A DNA stretch of 64,000 nucleotides from an uncultured Chloroflexia bacterium (GCA_963728205.1 CAVSIV010000001.1:544001-608000), one strand, 5' to 3'; positions 10,177 to 20,311 are shown, counted from the stretch's first letter. Numbers and translations: made by a program. The notes: generated by a model from the sequence alone, not told the origin.

Positions 10177-10656
10177 ATGCCCGGCGACGCGCACCTGCTC
10201 TCCGACATCCGCATCGACCTCCGCGAGGCGACGCTGCGACCGGTGTACGGCGTCGGCGAAGAGCGTCGGCAGGTCACCACGCGCCAGGGGCCGCGCCGGA
10301 TCGTCGACTTCGCGACCACCGACGGCCGGGACAACCTGGGTCAGGCCGTCGCGCTGCGGCTCCTCACGCCGCGCGGGGAGCTGAGCGCGCTGGCGCACCC
10401 CGAGTACGGCTCCCGGCTCCACGAGCTGATCGGCCGGCCGAACACCGCCACGACGCGGGACCTCGTGCGGCTGTTCGTGCTCGAGAGCCTGCAGCGCGAG
10501 CCCCGCATCGCGCGCATCGTCGACCTCGTGATCACCGCGCGCGACACCGGCGACGCGACGGTGCGCAGCCTCGTCGACGTGGCGCTGCGCGTGCAGCCCG
10601 CGGACGCGCCGGCCGGGAACGTGGTCGACCTCGGCCCGTTCACGATCGCGCTCTAG
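10177..10656 (+). CDS. GPW/gp25 family baseplate protein
   Basis: GRDNLGQAVALRLLTPRGEL..HPEYGSRLHELIG and LQREPRI are gp25 signatures. ATG at 10177 follows the PAAR stop. Confidence 0.9.
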   Translation: MPGDAHLLSDIRIDLREATLRPVYGVGEERRQVTTRQGPRRIVDFATTDGRDNLGQAVALRLLTPRGELSALAHPEYGSRLHELIGRPNTATTRDLVRLFVLESLQREPRIARIVDLVITARDTGDATVRSLVDVALRVQPADAPAGNVVDLGPFTIAL

Positions 10657-10678
10657 CGAGCGAGAAGAGGAGCCGCCC

Positions 10679-12451
10679 GTGAGCTTTCGACGTCGCACGT
10701 TCCCCGAGGTGCTCGATGGCGTCCTGACCAGCGTCGTGGGCGGCGTCGCCGGCGAGACGCATCCGTTCCCGCCGACGGTCGACGGGAGCGCGCCGTACCA
10801 GCAGCAGCTCGAGCAGCCCCCGGTCGCGCAGATCGTGTCGGTCTGGGGCGGCCGCGACGGCCAGCCGCACCAGTTCCGCGCGGGCAGCGACTTCGAGCTG
10901 GCCGAGGACCGCCAGACGCTGAGCTGGCTCGAGGGCGCCGAGTTGCCCGATCCCGGCACGCTGATCGTGGTGAACTACCTCCCCGCCTCCGCGCAGGCCG
11001 ATGTGACCGACCTCCAGCCCGGCAGCGTCGTCCGCACGCTCGCCGAGTCGATCGCGCTGGAGATCGCGCGCCTCTCCGCGCAGCTCGAGGGCGTCTACCG
11101 CGACGGCTTCATCGACACCGCGAGCGGATCGGCGCTGGACAAGGTCGTCGCGCTGCTCGGCGTCGAACGCGTGAGCGGCGGCCGCGCGAGCGGCGACGTG
11201 CGCTTCACGCGCGTCGCCGGCGGTCGCGGCGCGATCACGATCCCCGCCGGCACGCGCCTGATGACCGCCGACGGCGAGATCGAGTACGAGACCACCGAGG
11301 CCGTGACGATGGCCGACGGCCAGAACGCGATCCGCGTGAGCGCCCGGGACATCGAGGCCAACGACCCGCTGCCCGCCGACGCGCTGACGGTGCTGCCGGC
11401 CCCGATCAGCGGGATCGGGGGCGTGACGAACCCGGCTCCGACCGCGCTCTCGGCGCGCGACGAGACCGATGCCGAGCTGCGCACACGCGCGAAGAGCTTC
11501 CTGTTCGGCAGCGAGCGAGCGACGCTCGGCGCGCTGCGCCGCGCGGTCGCGTGGCAGCAGATCGCGGCCGACGTCGAGGAGCTGGCGTCCGAGCCGGGCC
11601 ACGTGCGCATCACGCCGCACGTGGACGTGCTCGCGCCGGAGGCGGAGCAGCGGCTGCTCACGGCGATCAACGACACCCGCCCCGCGGGTGTCGTCGTCGA
11701 GCTCGCCGGCGCCGTGCCGCCGAAGCGCGTCGATCTCGAGCTGCGCCTCACCACCGCCGACGGGCTCACCGAGCCGCAGCTGCGCGCGGCGCAGCGCGCG
11801 GTGCGGGCGAGCATCGAGCAGTACTTCGCCGGGCTCCCCGCGCGCGAGGACGCGAGCGTGAACCGCATCGTCGGCCTGGCGCTCGGCGTGCCGGAGGTGA
11901 GCGACCTGCGGCTGCTCAGCGTGACCGTCGACGGCGCCGACGTGCTCGACGTCGAGGCCGGCCGGATCACGATCTCCGGGTTCCCGACGGTGCTCGGCGC
12001 GCTGCGCATCGCCGACCCGGCCCTGCCCACCGTGGTGAACGTCGCGGTGACCTACCCACAGGGCGAGGCGCCGCCGGACCAGCCGTCAATCGAAGCGGCG
12101 CTCACCGCGATGCTCGACTACCTGGACACGCTCAACGCCGGCGAGCCGGCCGCGGACGCGACGCCGTCCGAGCTCGCGCGTCGCTCGATCGGCTTCGGCA
12201 AGGTGCTGTGGTCGCTGCCGCTGCCGAACCACCCCGCGCAGCCGCTCGCGGCGTACGACGACGCGGCGTCGCCGCCGGCGCTGCCCGACGAGACGGCGGT
12301 CGCGCCCTACGCCGTCACCGTCACGTTCAGCCAGGAGAGCGGCGTCAGCCAGGTGCTGCAGGCGGCGGGCGACCCGCCGTACGCGCTCACGCCGTTCGAA
12401 CGAGTGCTGCTCGGCGAGGTCGTGGTCGCCGCGGAGTCCGCCGGTGCCTGA
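10679..12451 (+). CDS. Baseplate J/gp47 family protein
   Basis: GTG after GAGGAG. Contains PGSVVRTLAE, FIDTASGSALDKVVALLGVER, ITIPAGTRL, VTNPAPT..ARDETDAELRTRA and RPAGV. Confidence 0.92.
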   Translation: MSFRRRTFPEVLDGVLTSVVGGVAGETHPFPPTVDGSAPYQQQLEQPPVAQIVSVWGGRDGQPHQFRAGSDFELAEDRQTLSWLEGAELPDPGTLIVVNYLPASAQADVTDLQPGSVVRTLAESIALEIARLSAQLEGVYRDGFIDTASGSALDKVVALLGVERVSGGRASGDVRFTRVAGGRGAITIPAGTRLMTADGEIEYETTEAVTMADGQNAIRVSARDIEANDPLPADALTVLPAPISGIGGVTNPAPTALSARDETDAELRTRAKSFLFGSERATLGALRRAVAWQQIAADVEELASEPGHVRITPHVDVLAPEAEQRLLTAINDTRPAGVVVELAGAVPPKRVDLELRLTTADGLTEPQLRAAQRAVRASIEQYFAGLPAREDASVNRIVGLALGVPEVSDLRLLSVTVDGADVLDVEAGRITISGFPTVLGALRIADPALPTVVNVAVTYPQGEAPPDQPSIEAALTAMLDYLDTLNAGEPAADATPSELARRSIGFGKVLWSLPLPNHPAQPLAAYDDAASPPALPDETAVAPYAVTVTFSQESGVSQVLQAAGDPPYALTPFERVLLGEVVVAAESAGA

Positions 12452-15212
12452 GTACGAGGCGATCCGCGACCGCCTGCCGACGCTCTACCGTCCGCAGGAG
12501 GGCGATCCGGCGAGCGCCCGGCTGCCGCTGCGCGCCGCGGATCTCGCCGCCGTGAACGACGGCGCGCCGCCGGCAATCGCGGAGCGCGGCGACGGCTCGC
12601 TCGACCTCACGTTCGACGCGCCGACCGCGGTGCGCTCGCTCCGTTTCGCCGCCGGCGTCTCCCCCGGCACCGTCGTCACCGTCGAGTTGCGGCGCTTCCC
12701 CGCCGGCGTGCCCGCCGTGCTGCCGGCGGCGACCGCCCCGCTCGTGCGCCGCGTCGCCGGCTTCGCCGGCGACTTCGCCGATGCGCGCGTGAACGTCCGC
12801 CTCGTGCGGCCGGCGCTGTTCGAGACGTTCCTGCGCGGTGCCGCGCGTCCGCTCGACGAGCTCGGGCGCGAGGCCGCGGAGGTGATGCAGGCGCACTGGC
12901 TCGACTACGCCGACCGCGGCCTCTTCAGCCCGTACCTCGCGCGCGTCCACGAGCTCGCCGACGCCGCCCCGCCGGCCCGCGCCGACGCCGACGTCGTGAC
13001 GTTCCCGTTCCTCGACGACCTCCCCCGCCTCGGCTCGCTCATCCCGCTGCCCCCCTGGCGCGAGCCGCCCGCGAGCCGCGAGCGCGTCGAGGGGTACCGG
13101 CAGCGCATCCGTCGGATCGTCGCGCTCTACCGCCGCGGCGTCGGCACGCTGCCGGCCGTGCGCGCGATGGCGGAGGCGTCGCTCCCGGTCGACCTCACGG
13201 CGCCGGCGGGGCTGCGCGACCGCCCGCTCGGCGTCGAGGAGTTCGCGCCGCTCGTGCGCCGCGTGTTCCCCGCGCCGACGCGCGCGCAGCCCGACGCAAT
13301 CGTCGGTCCGCTGATGCGCTGGGCGATGACGAACGACGGCCTCGAGGCCGCGCCGCCCACGCTCTACGTCGAAGGCACGACGCCGGATTCCGGCGTCGAC
13401 CCGACGGCACGGCCGCTGCTCGAGCTCTTCAGCGCCGGCGGCAATCGCGTGCGGATCGGCATCGCCTACGAGGGCACGGTCGCGGCGGGGCAGGTGCTAC
13501 GCGTGCGGCCGGCGTACTCGTCGTGGCTGGCCGGCGACGGCGGGCTTGCCGTCGCGACCGCACTCCCCGCCGACGACGCGCCGGCGAGCCGTGCGGCGGC
13601 CGGGCCGTGGTCGGCCGCGCCCGGTGCGCCGGGCGGGCCCGTCACCGCGGTGCGCCAGGTCGCCAATCACAGCCTGTGGGCGGCGACCTTCGACGCCGGC
13701 GCCGGCACCGGCTCGCTGTGGCGCTTCGACGGGGCGACCTGGACCGAGGCGCTGCCCGGCCTGCCGGAGGTGCATGCCCTCGCCGCCGACGGCGACGACC
13801 TGCTCGTCGGCACGGCCTCGGGGCTGTTCCGGCTGCCGCTCTACCCGCCGGAAGGCGAGGCGTTCGCGCCGGCGCCAGCGCCCGGCGACCTCTCGGGGCC
13901 CGCCGTCCACGCGCTTCTCCGCGGCGCCGACGGCACCTGGTGGGTCGGGGCCGAGCAGGGTCTCGCGCGGCTCGGCGACGGCGACGTGCTCGACTGGTTC
14001 GGTCTCGGCGCCGTAGCCGAGACGGCCGTGCCCGTTTACGCGCTGTTCGAGGACGCGACGGGATCGCTCTACGTGGGAACGCAGCGCGGCCTGTTCGAGT
14101 ACCAGCCGTCACGCGGGCACTGGTACTGGTACGAGGGCCGCGAGCACAGCGAGAGCGCGCCGGACTGGCGTCCGTTCCGGCCCGAGGCGAGCGGCGACGA
14201 GCGCGGCTTCCCCGCGGAGGACGACGTCTTCCTGCCACCCGTGCGCGCCGTGCGCCGCGGACCCGACGCCGCGCTGTGGGTCGGCACCGACGCCGGCATC
14301 GCGCGCTACTACGCGCGGCCGGCGCGCGGCCTCGCCTACTCGACGTTGCTCGAGGCGTTCGCGGATCTCGCGGCGGGGCCGGTGACGGCGATCGAGGAGG
14401 ACGGCCGGCGCGGGCTCTGGTTCGCGACGACGCAGGGGCTGTTCCGGTACGACGGGCGCGACTTCTGGCAGGCGCAGTCCGGCGCCTTCGTGCGGCTGCC
14501 GCTCGGCAACGCGGTCGCCCCCGACCCGGAGGAGCCGCGCTTCTGGCGCTTCGATCGGGCCGGGGGGCACTGGCAGTCGCTCGACCCCGCGTCGCCGGGC
14601 GCGCTGTGGACCGCGTTCACCCCCGAGCCGCGGGGCACCGCCGAGCCCGCCGTGCGCGCGCTCGCCTGGACGGCCGGCGCCGCCGCCGATCTCGGCAGCT
14701 TCGACGGCGACGCGTTCACCTCGGACCCCGGGGCGACGCCGGCGGCGCTGCGAATGCGCTACAAGCCGACGGACGATCGCGTCGTCGACGGCGGCATCCC
14801 GGCGGTGCCGCTCCTCCCGGTGGGCGACTCCACCTGGCGCTACCTCGCGCTCGAGAGCACGTCCGACGCGGTGTCGCCGCGGCGCCCTGCGTGGACAATC
14901 GAGGGGCGGCTCCTCCCGCCGCCGGACGCGGCGCCGCCGCTCGAGGGCCGCTTTGGCCAGTCGCCGGCGGCGGAGTTCAGCGACTTCGACGACGCGGCGT
15001 TCGCGTTCCATCCGGCCGCCCGCGTGCGGTTCGAGTGGGAGGCGCGCCGGCCATTCACCGTCCTGGTGCGGCTGGGTCTGCTGGACGGGGAGGGGCAGAT
15101 CGCCCCCGCGGTGCTCGACCGCGTGTGGCAGGGCGTCGAGCAGGTGCGGCCGGCGGGCGTGCGCGCCCTGGTGGCAGTGGAAGACCGGCTGGTTCGAGGC
15201 GAAACCGGATAA
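12444..15212 (+). CDS. Baseplate wedge / P2 gpI-like tail protein with an inserted two-component-regulator-type beta-propeller
   Basis: Overlaps the J stop. N-terminal YRQRIRRIVALYRRGVGT and C-terminal VEQVRPAGV are gpI-like motifs. Between them are LWVGTDAGIARY, LWFATTQGLFRYDG and LYVGTQRGLFEY propeller blades. Confidence 0.75.
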   Translation: MPEYEAIRDRLPTLYRPQEGDPASARLPLRAADLAAVNDGAPPAIAERGDGSLDLTFDAPTAVRSLRFAAGVSPGTVVTVELRRFPAGVPAVLPAATAPLVRRVAGFAGDFADARVNVRLVRPALFETFLRGAARPLDELGREAAEVMQAHWLDYADRGLFSPYLARVHELADAAPPARADADVVTFPFLDDLPRLGSLIPLPPWREPPASRERVEGYRQRIRRIVALYRRGVGTLPAVRAMAEASLPVDLTAPAGLRDRPLGVEEFAPLVRRVFPAPTRAQPDAIVGPLMRWAMTNDGLEAAPPTLYVEGTTPDSGVDPTARPLLELFSAGGNRVRIGIAYEGTVAAGQVLRVRPAYSSWLAGDGGLAVATALPADDAPASRAAAGPWSAAPGAPGGPVTAVRQVANHSLWAATFDAGAGTGSLWRFDGATWTEALPGLPEVHALAADGDDLLVGTASGLFRLPLYPPEGEAFAPAPAPGDLSGPAVHALLRGADGTWWVGAEQGLARLGDGDVLDWFGLGAVAETAVPVYALFEDATGSLYVGTQRGLFEYQPSRGHWYWYEGREHSESAPDWRPFRPEASGDERGFPAEDDVFLPPVRAVRRGPDAALWVGTDAGIARYYARPARGLAYSTLLEAFADLAAGPVTAIEEDGRRGLWFATTQGLFRYDGRDFWQAQSGAFVRLPLGNAVAPDPEEPRFWRFDRAGGHWQSLDPASPGALWTAFTPEPRGTAEPAVRALAWTAGAAADLGSFDGDAFTSDPGATPAALRMRYKPTDDRVVDGGIPAVPLLPVGDSTWRYLALESTSDAVSPRRPAWTIEGRLLPPPDAAPPLEGRFGQSPAAEFSDFDDAAFAFHPAARVRFEWEARRPFTVLVRLGLLDGEGQIAPAVLDRVWQGVEQVRPAGVRALVAVEDRLVRGETG

Positions 15213-15231
15213 GCGAAGAAGAGGCGGAACC

Positions 15232-16764
15232 ATGGGAGCACTGGCAGACACGCTGGGCAACAGGGTCGCCGGCGACCTGATCCGGGCGGAAGACTGGAAC
15301 GCGCTGATCGCCGGCGTCGAAAACGCCGATCAGGCGCTGCAGACGCAGATCACCGACCTGGGGACACAGCTCGACACACGCATCGGCGCGGTCGAGGATC
15401 GCGTCACCGCGCTCGAGACGCAGGCGAGCCAGCTCGACGAGCGCGTGACCACCACGGAGGCGGCGCTCTCCACGCTCCAGGGCGTGGTCGACACGCTGCG
15501 CGGGCAGTTCCGGCGCGTGACGATGCAGACCGATCGGCTGCACTTCGCGATCGGCGAGATCGCGGAGATCACCGCCCGGATCACGGACCTCGGTGGGGCG
15601 CCCCTGACCTTCGCCGACGCCGCGACGCGGCCCTGGATCGACTTCGTCGCGGTCTGGGGGCAGCTCAAGCCGGTCCCCGGCTTCGAGGCGCTGGGCGGCG
15701 CCGGCGACCGCACGATCTCGGTGCGCGTCGACGCGAACGGGGTAGCCCGCGTGCGACTGCGCGCGGAGCACTCGCAAGGCCTCACGGACGAGGTCGAGAG
15801 CGAGGTGCAGACGTCGCTCGGCACGGTGCTGCAGAGCACGAACACGAGCATCGCGCAGACGATCCTCGCCGCGGCGACGCCGCAGGAGGCCGTCCAGCGC
15901 GGCGCCTTCCACGTCATCACCGGCGAGTACGATCGGACGGACGCGACGAGCGTGCGCACGTTCGCGGATGCCTATTACCTGCGCAATCCCATCGACATCT
16001 CCGGCAAGATCGCGCCGATCTTCCAGCACAGCTGGCAGGACTACCGCGCGACGGTGCTGGCGTTCGGGAAGAACGACAGCGACCCGCAGACGCCCGACGC
16101 GAGCATCGGGGTCTGCTCGATCCAGCTCACGTTCCGCGACTGGATCGGGCCGTGGCTGCACCTCGACTACATCAGCGGCGCCGACGCGCTCGCCGCCGGC
16201 TACGGGGCGCGGCTCGCCGGCCGGATCGACGGGGATCTCGCGGCCTCGGTGAGCCGCCTCAAGAGCGAGGTCGATGGGATCGTGCTGAACAAGGGCGTGA
16301 TCGCCAAGCAGCGCGACCTGCAGGCGATTCGCCACGCCGTCGGGCAGATGGAGGTCACGAACCCGCCGCCGTTCCTCAGCCGGCTGAAGGACTCGATGCG
16401 CGACGGCGTCGCGATGCAGCAGGTGCTGGAGTTCTCGCAGGCGACGTCGCTGGGCGACTCGGCCCCGACGACCGCGTTCAGCGCGTTCACCGACTCGTCG
16501 TCGCGGGTGGACACGCAGGCCGAGGCGGTGCGCACGGACCTGACGGGCTATGTGCAGAGCCAGGTGGCGGACGCGGAACAGCGGCTCCAGACCCACGTGG
16601 CGACGCAGCAGGAGACGCTGCGGCAGGACCTCCTGCGCACCGACGGACCGATCCTCGGCCTGCAGCGCTCGCTCGACGAGGTCTCGGGGCGCATCGGCGG
16701 CGTGCAGACCGCGCTGGACAAGAAGGCCGACATCACGATGATCGGCCGCTTCCTGCCCCAGTAA
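15232..16764 (+). CDS. CIS-associated coiled-coil protein (fibre/adaptor-like), paralog of the next gene
   Basis: ATG after GAGG. N-terminal VAGDLIRAEDWN motif, then a heptad coiled coil, an Ig-like segment and a C-terminal coiled coil. Confidence 0.7.
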   Translation: MGALADTLGNRVAGDLIRAEDWNALIAGVENADQALQTQITDLGTQLDTRIGAVEDRVTALETQASQLDERVTTTEAALSTLQGVVDTLRGQFRRVTMQTDRLHFAIGEIAEITARITDLGGAPLTFADAATRPWIDFVAVWGQLKPVPGFEALGGAGDRTISVRVDANGVARVRLRAEHSQGLTDEVESEVQTSLGTVLQSTNTSIAQTILAAATPQEAVQRGAFHVITGEYDRTDATSVRTFADAYYLRNPIDISGKIAPIFQHSWQDYRATVLAFGKNDSDPQTPDASIGVCSIQLTFRDWIGPWLHLDYISGADALAAGYGARLAGRIDGDLAASVSRLKSEVDGIVLNKGVIAKQRDLQAIRHAVGQMEVTNPPPFLSRLKDSMRDGVAMQQVLEFSQATSLGDSAPTTAFSAFTDSSSRVDTQAEAVRTDLTGYVQSQVADAEQRLQTHVATQQETLRQDLLRTDGPILGLQRSLDEVSGRIGGVQTALDKKADITMIGRFLPQ

Positions 16765-16781
16765 CGGAGGAGGTGCCACCC

Positions 16782-18458
16782 GTGGCACGCATCTACCTGG
16801 AACCCGGCGACGTCGGCGCCGCGGACGCGCGCATGGTGCTCGACTTCCTCAACGCCGCGACGTCGGCGGAGGAGATCGCCGCCGCCGTGGAGCTGCCGAA
16901 CGAGCTCGACATCGGCGTCCGGCTCGCACAGCGGCTGCTCGACCGCCGCGCGCAGCTCGGCTCGTTCACGACGCTCCAGCAGGTGGCGGACGTCCCGCTG
17001 ATCGGCCCGGAGCGCTTCACCGAGATCGTGACCACGCTCTCCGCGGCGCGACTCCCCCAGGGCGACGTGCCGGCGAACATCGGCGACGAGCTCCGCGCGC
17101 TGCGCCGCGATCTCGACGCGCTCCGCGGCGCCGCCGCGGCGCAGCCGTCGCTCACGTTGGAGACGCTGCAGGCGGAGCCGTACCTCGGGCAATCCGTGAA
17201 CGTCGTCGCCCGTGCGACCGCGCCCGGCGGTGAGCAACCGCTGATCGGCGCGACCGTCGTCGTCGCGACGACCTGGGGCCGGCTGCGCGGCGTCGAGGGC
17301 GTCCAGCTCCGCGACGCGCAGTCGCTGCGGCTGCGCACCGGCGTCGACGGTGCCGCGCGCGCGATTCTCCTGCCGCCGACGTCGGAGGACCTCACGGGCG
17401 TGCAGCAGTCCACGCTCGAGGTCGCGCTGCAGGGCCTCGACCCGGCGGCCATGACCCCCGTCGGGACCCAGGCCGGCCTGCAGGCGCTCGCCGAGCGCTA
17501 CCGCCGCGGAGGCGACGCACCGTTCCGGCGCGCCGTGGACATCTACTTCCGCGACTTCGCCGGCCGCGCGAGCGAGCCGTTGAACGTCCGCGACGCACTC
17601 GCGGCGTGGGCCTACTTCCAGGGCACGCTCGTGGCCTATCTCCCCAGCGCGGAGGTCGAGTCCTCCGTGCAGGCGACGGCCGTCCGGCCGCTGTGGGTGC
17701 GCGACTGGCTCGCGCCGTGGCTCGAGGTCCTGCAGTCGCTCGCCCACGAGGCCGCCGGGCTCGACACCGAGCTGGTCGACCTCGTCCGCACACACATCGC
17801 GGACGAAGGCGCCGGCACGGTGCTCAGTCGCGTCTACGGCCGCATCCACGACTTCGTCGACGACCAGGCAGGCGTCGTCGGGCAGTTCGTCGGCCGCAAA
17901 GTGGCGGAGCGCTCGCTGACGACCGTGCTGGACGCGGGCCTCGCGGATGCCACGCGCGAGCAGCGCGTCGCCCTCTTCCCCGGCGCCGAAGCCGGGACCC
18001 GCCTCCTCGATACCGCGCCCACGTCGGTGCTCGCAGGAATCGGCGACGCGCGGGCGGATCTGCGCCGGGACATCCAGCCGCGCATCGACGCCGGGATCGC
18101 CGGGGTGCAGTCGTCGATCTCCTCCGTCCAGTCGCAGCTGACCGATCGCGTCGCCGCGATCGAGACGAGCGTGAGCGCGAAGGCGGACGCCTCCCGCGTC
18201 GCCGCGCTCGAGAGCGCGGACCAGGCGCGCGCGGCGACGATCGCGACGATCACGTCCCAGATCGGTGACATCCAGACCGCGCTCGGCGGCAAGATCGACG
18301 CCTCGCAGTTCGAGGCGTTCCAGTCGAGCACGCAGGATCAGTTCGCCTCGCTGCAGCAGACCACGTCGCAGCTGGACACCACGGTGGGCACCCTGAACAC
18401 GTCGTTGAGCGGGCTGAACACCAACGTCACGGATCTGCGCCGGAGCATCGGGCAGTGA
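16782..18458 (+). CDS. ComEA-like helix-hairpin-helix domain plus coiled-coil CIS-associated protein
   Basis: GTG after GGAGGAGG. LNAATSAEEI...DIGVRLAQRLLDRRAQLGSFTTLQQVADVPLIGPERFTEI matches the ComEA (HhH)2 pattern. Long C-terminal heptad repeat. Confidence 0.8.
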   Translation: MARIYLEPGDVGAADARMVLDFLNAATSAEEIAAAVELPNELDIGVRLAQRLLDRRAQLGSFTTLQQVADVPLIGPERFTEIVTTLSAARLPQGDVPANIGDELRALRRDLDALRGAAAAQPSLTLETLQAEPYLGQSVNVVARATAPGGEQPLIGATVVVATTWGRLRGVEGVQLRDAQSLRLRTGVDGAARAILLPPTSEDLTGVQQSTLEVALQGLDPAAMTPVGTQAGLQALAERYRRGGDAPFRRAVDIYFRDFAGRASEPLNVRDALAAWAYFQGTLVAYLPSAEVESSVQATAVRPLWVRDWLAPWLEVLQSLAHEAAGLDTELVDLVRTHIADEGAGTVLSRVYGRIHDFVDDQAGVVGQFVGRKVAERSLTTVLDAGLADATREQRVALFPGAEAGTRLLDTAPTSVLAGIGDARADLRRDIQPRIDAGIAGVQSSISSVQSQLTDRVAAIETSVSAKADASRVAALESADQARAATIATITSQIGDIQTALGGKIDASQFEAFQSSTQDQFASLQQTTSQLDTTVGTLNTSLSGLNTNVTDLRRSIGQ

Positions 18459-20269
18459 ACGTCGACGCCGTCGCGAGCACGCCGGGCGCCGGCGCCGGGC
18501 CGCTCACCGCGCGGACGCTGCTCACCCCCGCCGGCGCCGCGCCGCGCGTCGTGTACCGCGACGTCTCGTACGTGCGGCTGGCGCCGGGTGCGCTCGCCGG
18601 GTCGCTCGCGCTGGACGCGGCCGCATGTGCCCTCGGCGGCGCCTTCACCAGCTACGACTTCGACGCGCTCGCGATCGCGGAGCCGACGCTGCAAGCCTCG
18701 ACGCGCAGCCTCGGCGGAGGCACGGTCGCGGTGGAGCTCGGCGCGCCGCGTCGCCTCCGTTCGATCCAGGTCGCTCACGGCAAGGTGCCGTCGACCGGGT
18801 ACACGCTCGAGGTCTACCGGCTCGACGGCGACACGCCGTCCGGCCAGCCGACCACGACCGCGACGAACGCGATCGAGACCGCCAACGTGGTCGGCGAGGC
18901 CGTCGTCGTCGGAGGTGCGGGCGGGGGCGACGTCGTGGCCGGGGCGACGGAGAACGCATACGTGCTCGAGGCCCGCCGCACCTTCTGGGTGGACTTCACC
19001 GATGCGCGCTTCGCGCTGCGGCTGAAGCAGCCCGGCGGGGGCTACGTCACGAGCCTTGCGCCCGGCGACGTCGACGTCGTCTCCGTGCGCAGCTACCCGT
19101 CGTCCCCGCGCGTGCGCGTCGCGTTCCCGCAGGACCCGGCCTCGCCGGTGGGCGACCCGACGGCCGCAGTTCCGGTGTGGCAGGCGGCCGGGGAGATTGG
19201 CGGCGCAGTGCCGGCGACCGCGGGCACCTTCGACGCCGCAGACGCGCTCGCCGACGCACTGGCGCGTGGCGCGGCCCGGCTGGCGGATGCCGTGCAAGCG
19301 TCGGCGTCGGCGGCGTCCCCGGTGCCGCCGCTCCCGCCGACGATCGACGTCGCGCTGGTGATCGAGTCCGACGCCCCCTGTCGCTTCCAGCCGGCGGGGT
19401 TCGCGGTCGCCTACCGCCCGGTGACGAGTGCATTCGCGAGCGGCGAGGAGAAGGCGACCGTGCGCTTCGCCGGCGCGGGCGCGGCGGCGAGCGCGCCGAG
19501 CGTGCGGCTCCCGGGCGGGGCGACCGTGGTGTCGGCCGAGCTGCGCGCGACGCCGAGCCTGCGCACCGGGCGGCCCGGCGGGGTCGACGCCGCGGCGGCA
19601 TCCGCGCCGCCCACGAGCCGCGCCGGCATCCGTGTCGGCGCCGGCCGGCAGGCGGCGCAGGTCGTGCAGCCCGACGCGGCGCTCGAGGCAACGGGGTTCC
19701 TCCTCGGCGTCATCCCGCTCGACGACGGCGTCGAGTTGCACGCCGCGCTCGTCGAGGACGCCGGCGGGGCGCCGGCCGGCCGCGTCCTCGCGGAGGGGAC
19801 GCTCGCGACGGGCGTGCCCGGGCGGCCGGCATGGCTGAGCTGGCGCCTCGACGCGCCGCTCGTCGTCACGACCGCGCGCCACTGGGTGCGGCTCGCGGCG
19901 GCCAGCGGAGAGGCGGTCTGGTTGAGCGCCGCCGGCTCCGGCCCGGCGTGCGCGCTGGCCGATGACGGCTCGACGCTCGCCACGCTCACGGACCGCGACC
20001 TGATGGTGCTCCCGGTCGTCGGCGCCGGAGCGAACGGCGGCCCGCCCGGCGACGCGGCGCCACGCCTGGACGTCGCGGGCATGTCCGTCAGCGCGAGCGC
20101 CGGCGCGGACGGCCGCCTGGTCTACGACCTGGCCGCCGCGTTGACTGCCGCGCTCACGGGGCAGCCGCCCGGCGCGGTCGTGGAGGTACCGCTGTCGTTC
20201 GCCTCGCCGGCGCCGGGTTCGCTCACGGTCTACCCGCCGCGAATCGAGTTCGAGCCAGCGACCGCGTGA
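18455..20269 (+). CDS. Hypothetical beta-rich protein of the CIS operon
   Basis: GTGA overlap with the previous stop, 604 aa, host-like codon usage. No recognised motif. Confidence 0.65.
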   Translation: MNVDAVASTPGAGAGPLTARTLLTPAGAAPRVVYRDVSYVRLAPGALAGSLALDAAACALGGAFTSYDFDALAIAEPTLQASTRSLGGGTVAVELGAPRRLRSIQVAHGKVPSTGYTLEVYRLDGDTPSGQPTTTATNAIETANVVGEAVVVGGAGGGDVVAGATENAYVLEARRTFWVDFTDARFALRLKQPGGGYVTSLAPGDVDVVSVRSYPSSPRVRVAFPQDPASPVGDPTAAVPVWQAAGEIGGAVPATAGTFDAADALADALARGAARLADAVQASASAASPVPPLPPTIDVALVIESDAPCRFQPAGFAVAYRPVTSAFASGEEKATVRFAGAGAAASAPSVRLPGGATVVSAELRATPSLRTGRPGGVDAAAASAPPTSRAGIRVGAGRQAAQVVQPDAALEATGFLLGVIPLDDGVELHAALVEDAGGAPAGRVLAEGTLATGVPGRPAWLSWRLDAPLVVTTARHWVRLAAASGEAVWLSAAGSGPACALADDGSTLATLTDRDLMVLPVVGAGANGGPPGDAAPRLDVAGMSVSASAGADGRLVYDLAAALTAALTGQPPGAVVEVPLSFASPAPGSLTVYPPRIEFEPATA

Positions 20270-20311
20270 TCACGCGGGGCCCGCGAGCCCCGCCGGATGA
20301 GGAGTCGCAGG

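Noticed and set aside
7968-12451. Interpreting hub/spike/PAAR/gp25 plus the distant hcp as a type VI secretion system
   Set aside because: The baseplate is phage J/gpI-type rather than TssF/G/K, and no TssJLM, ClpV or TssB/C gene is in the window.
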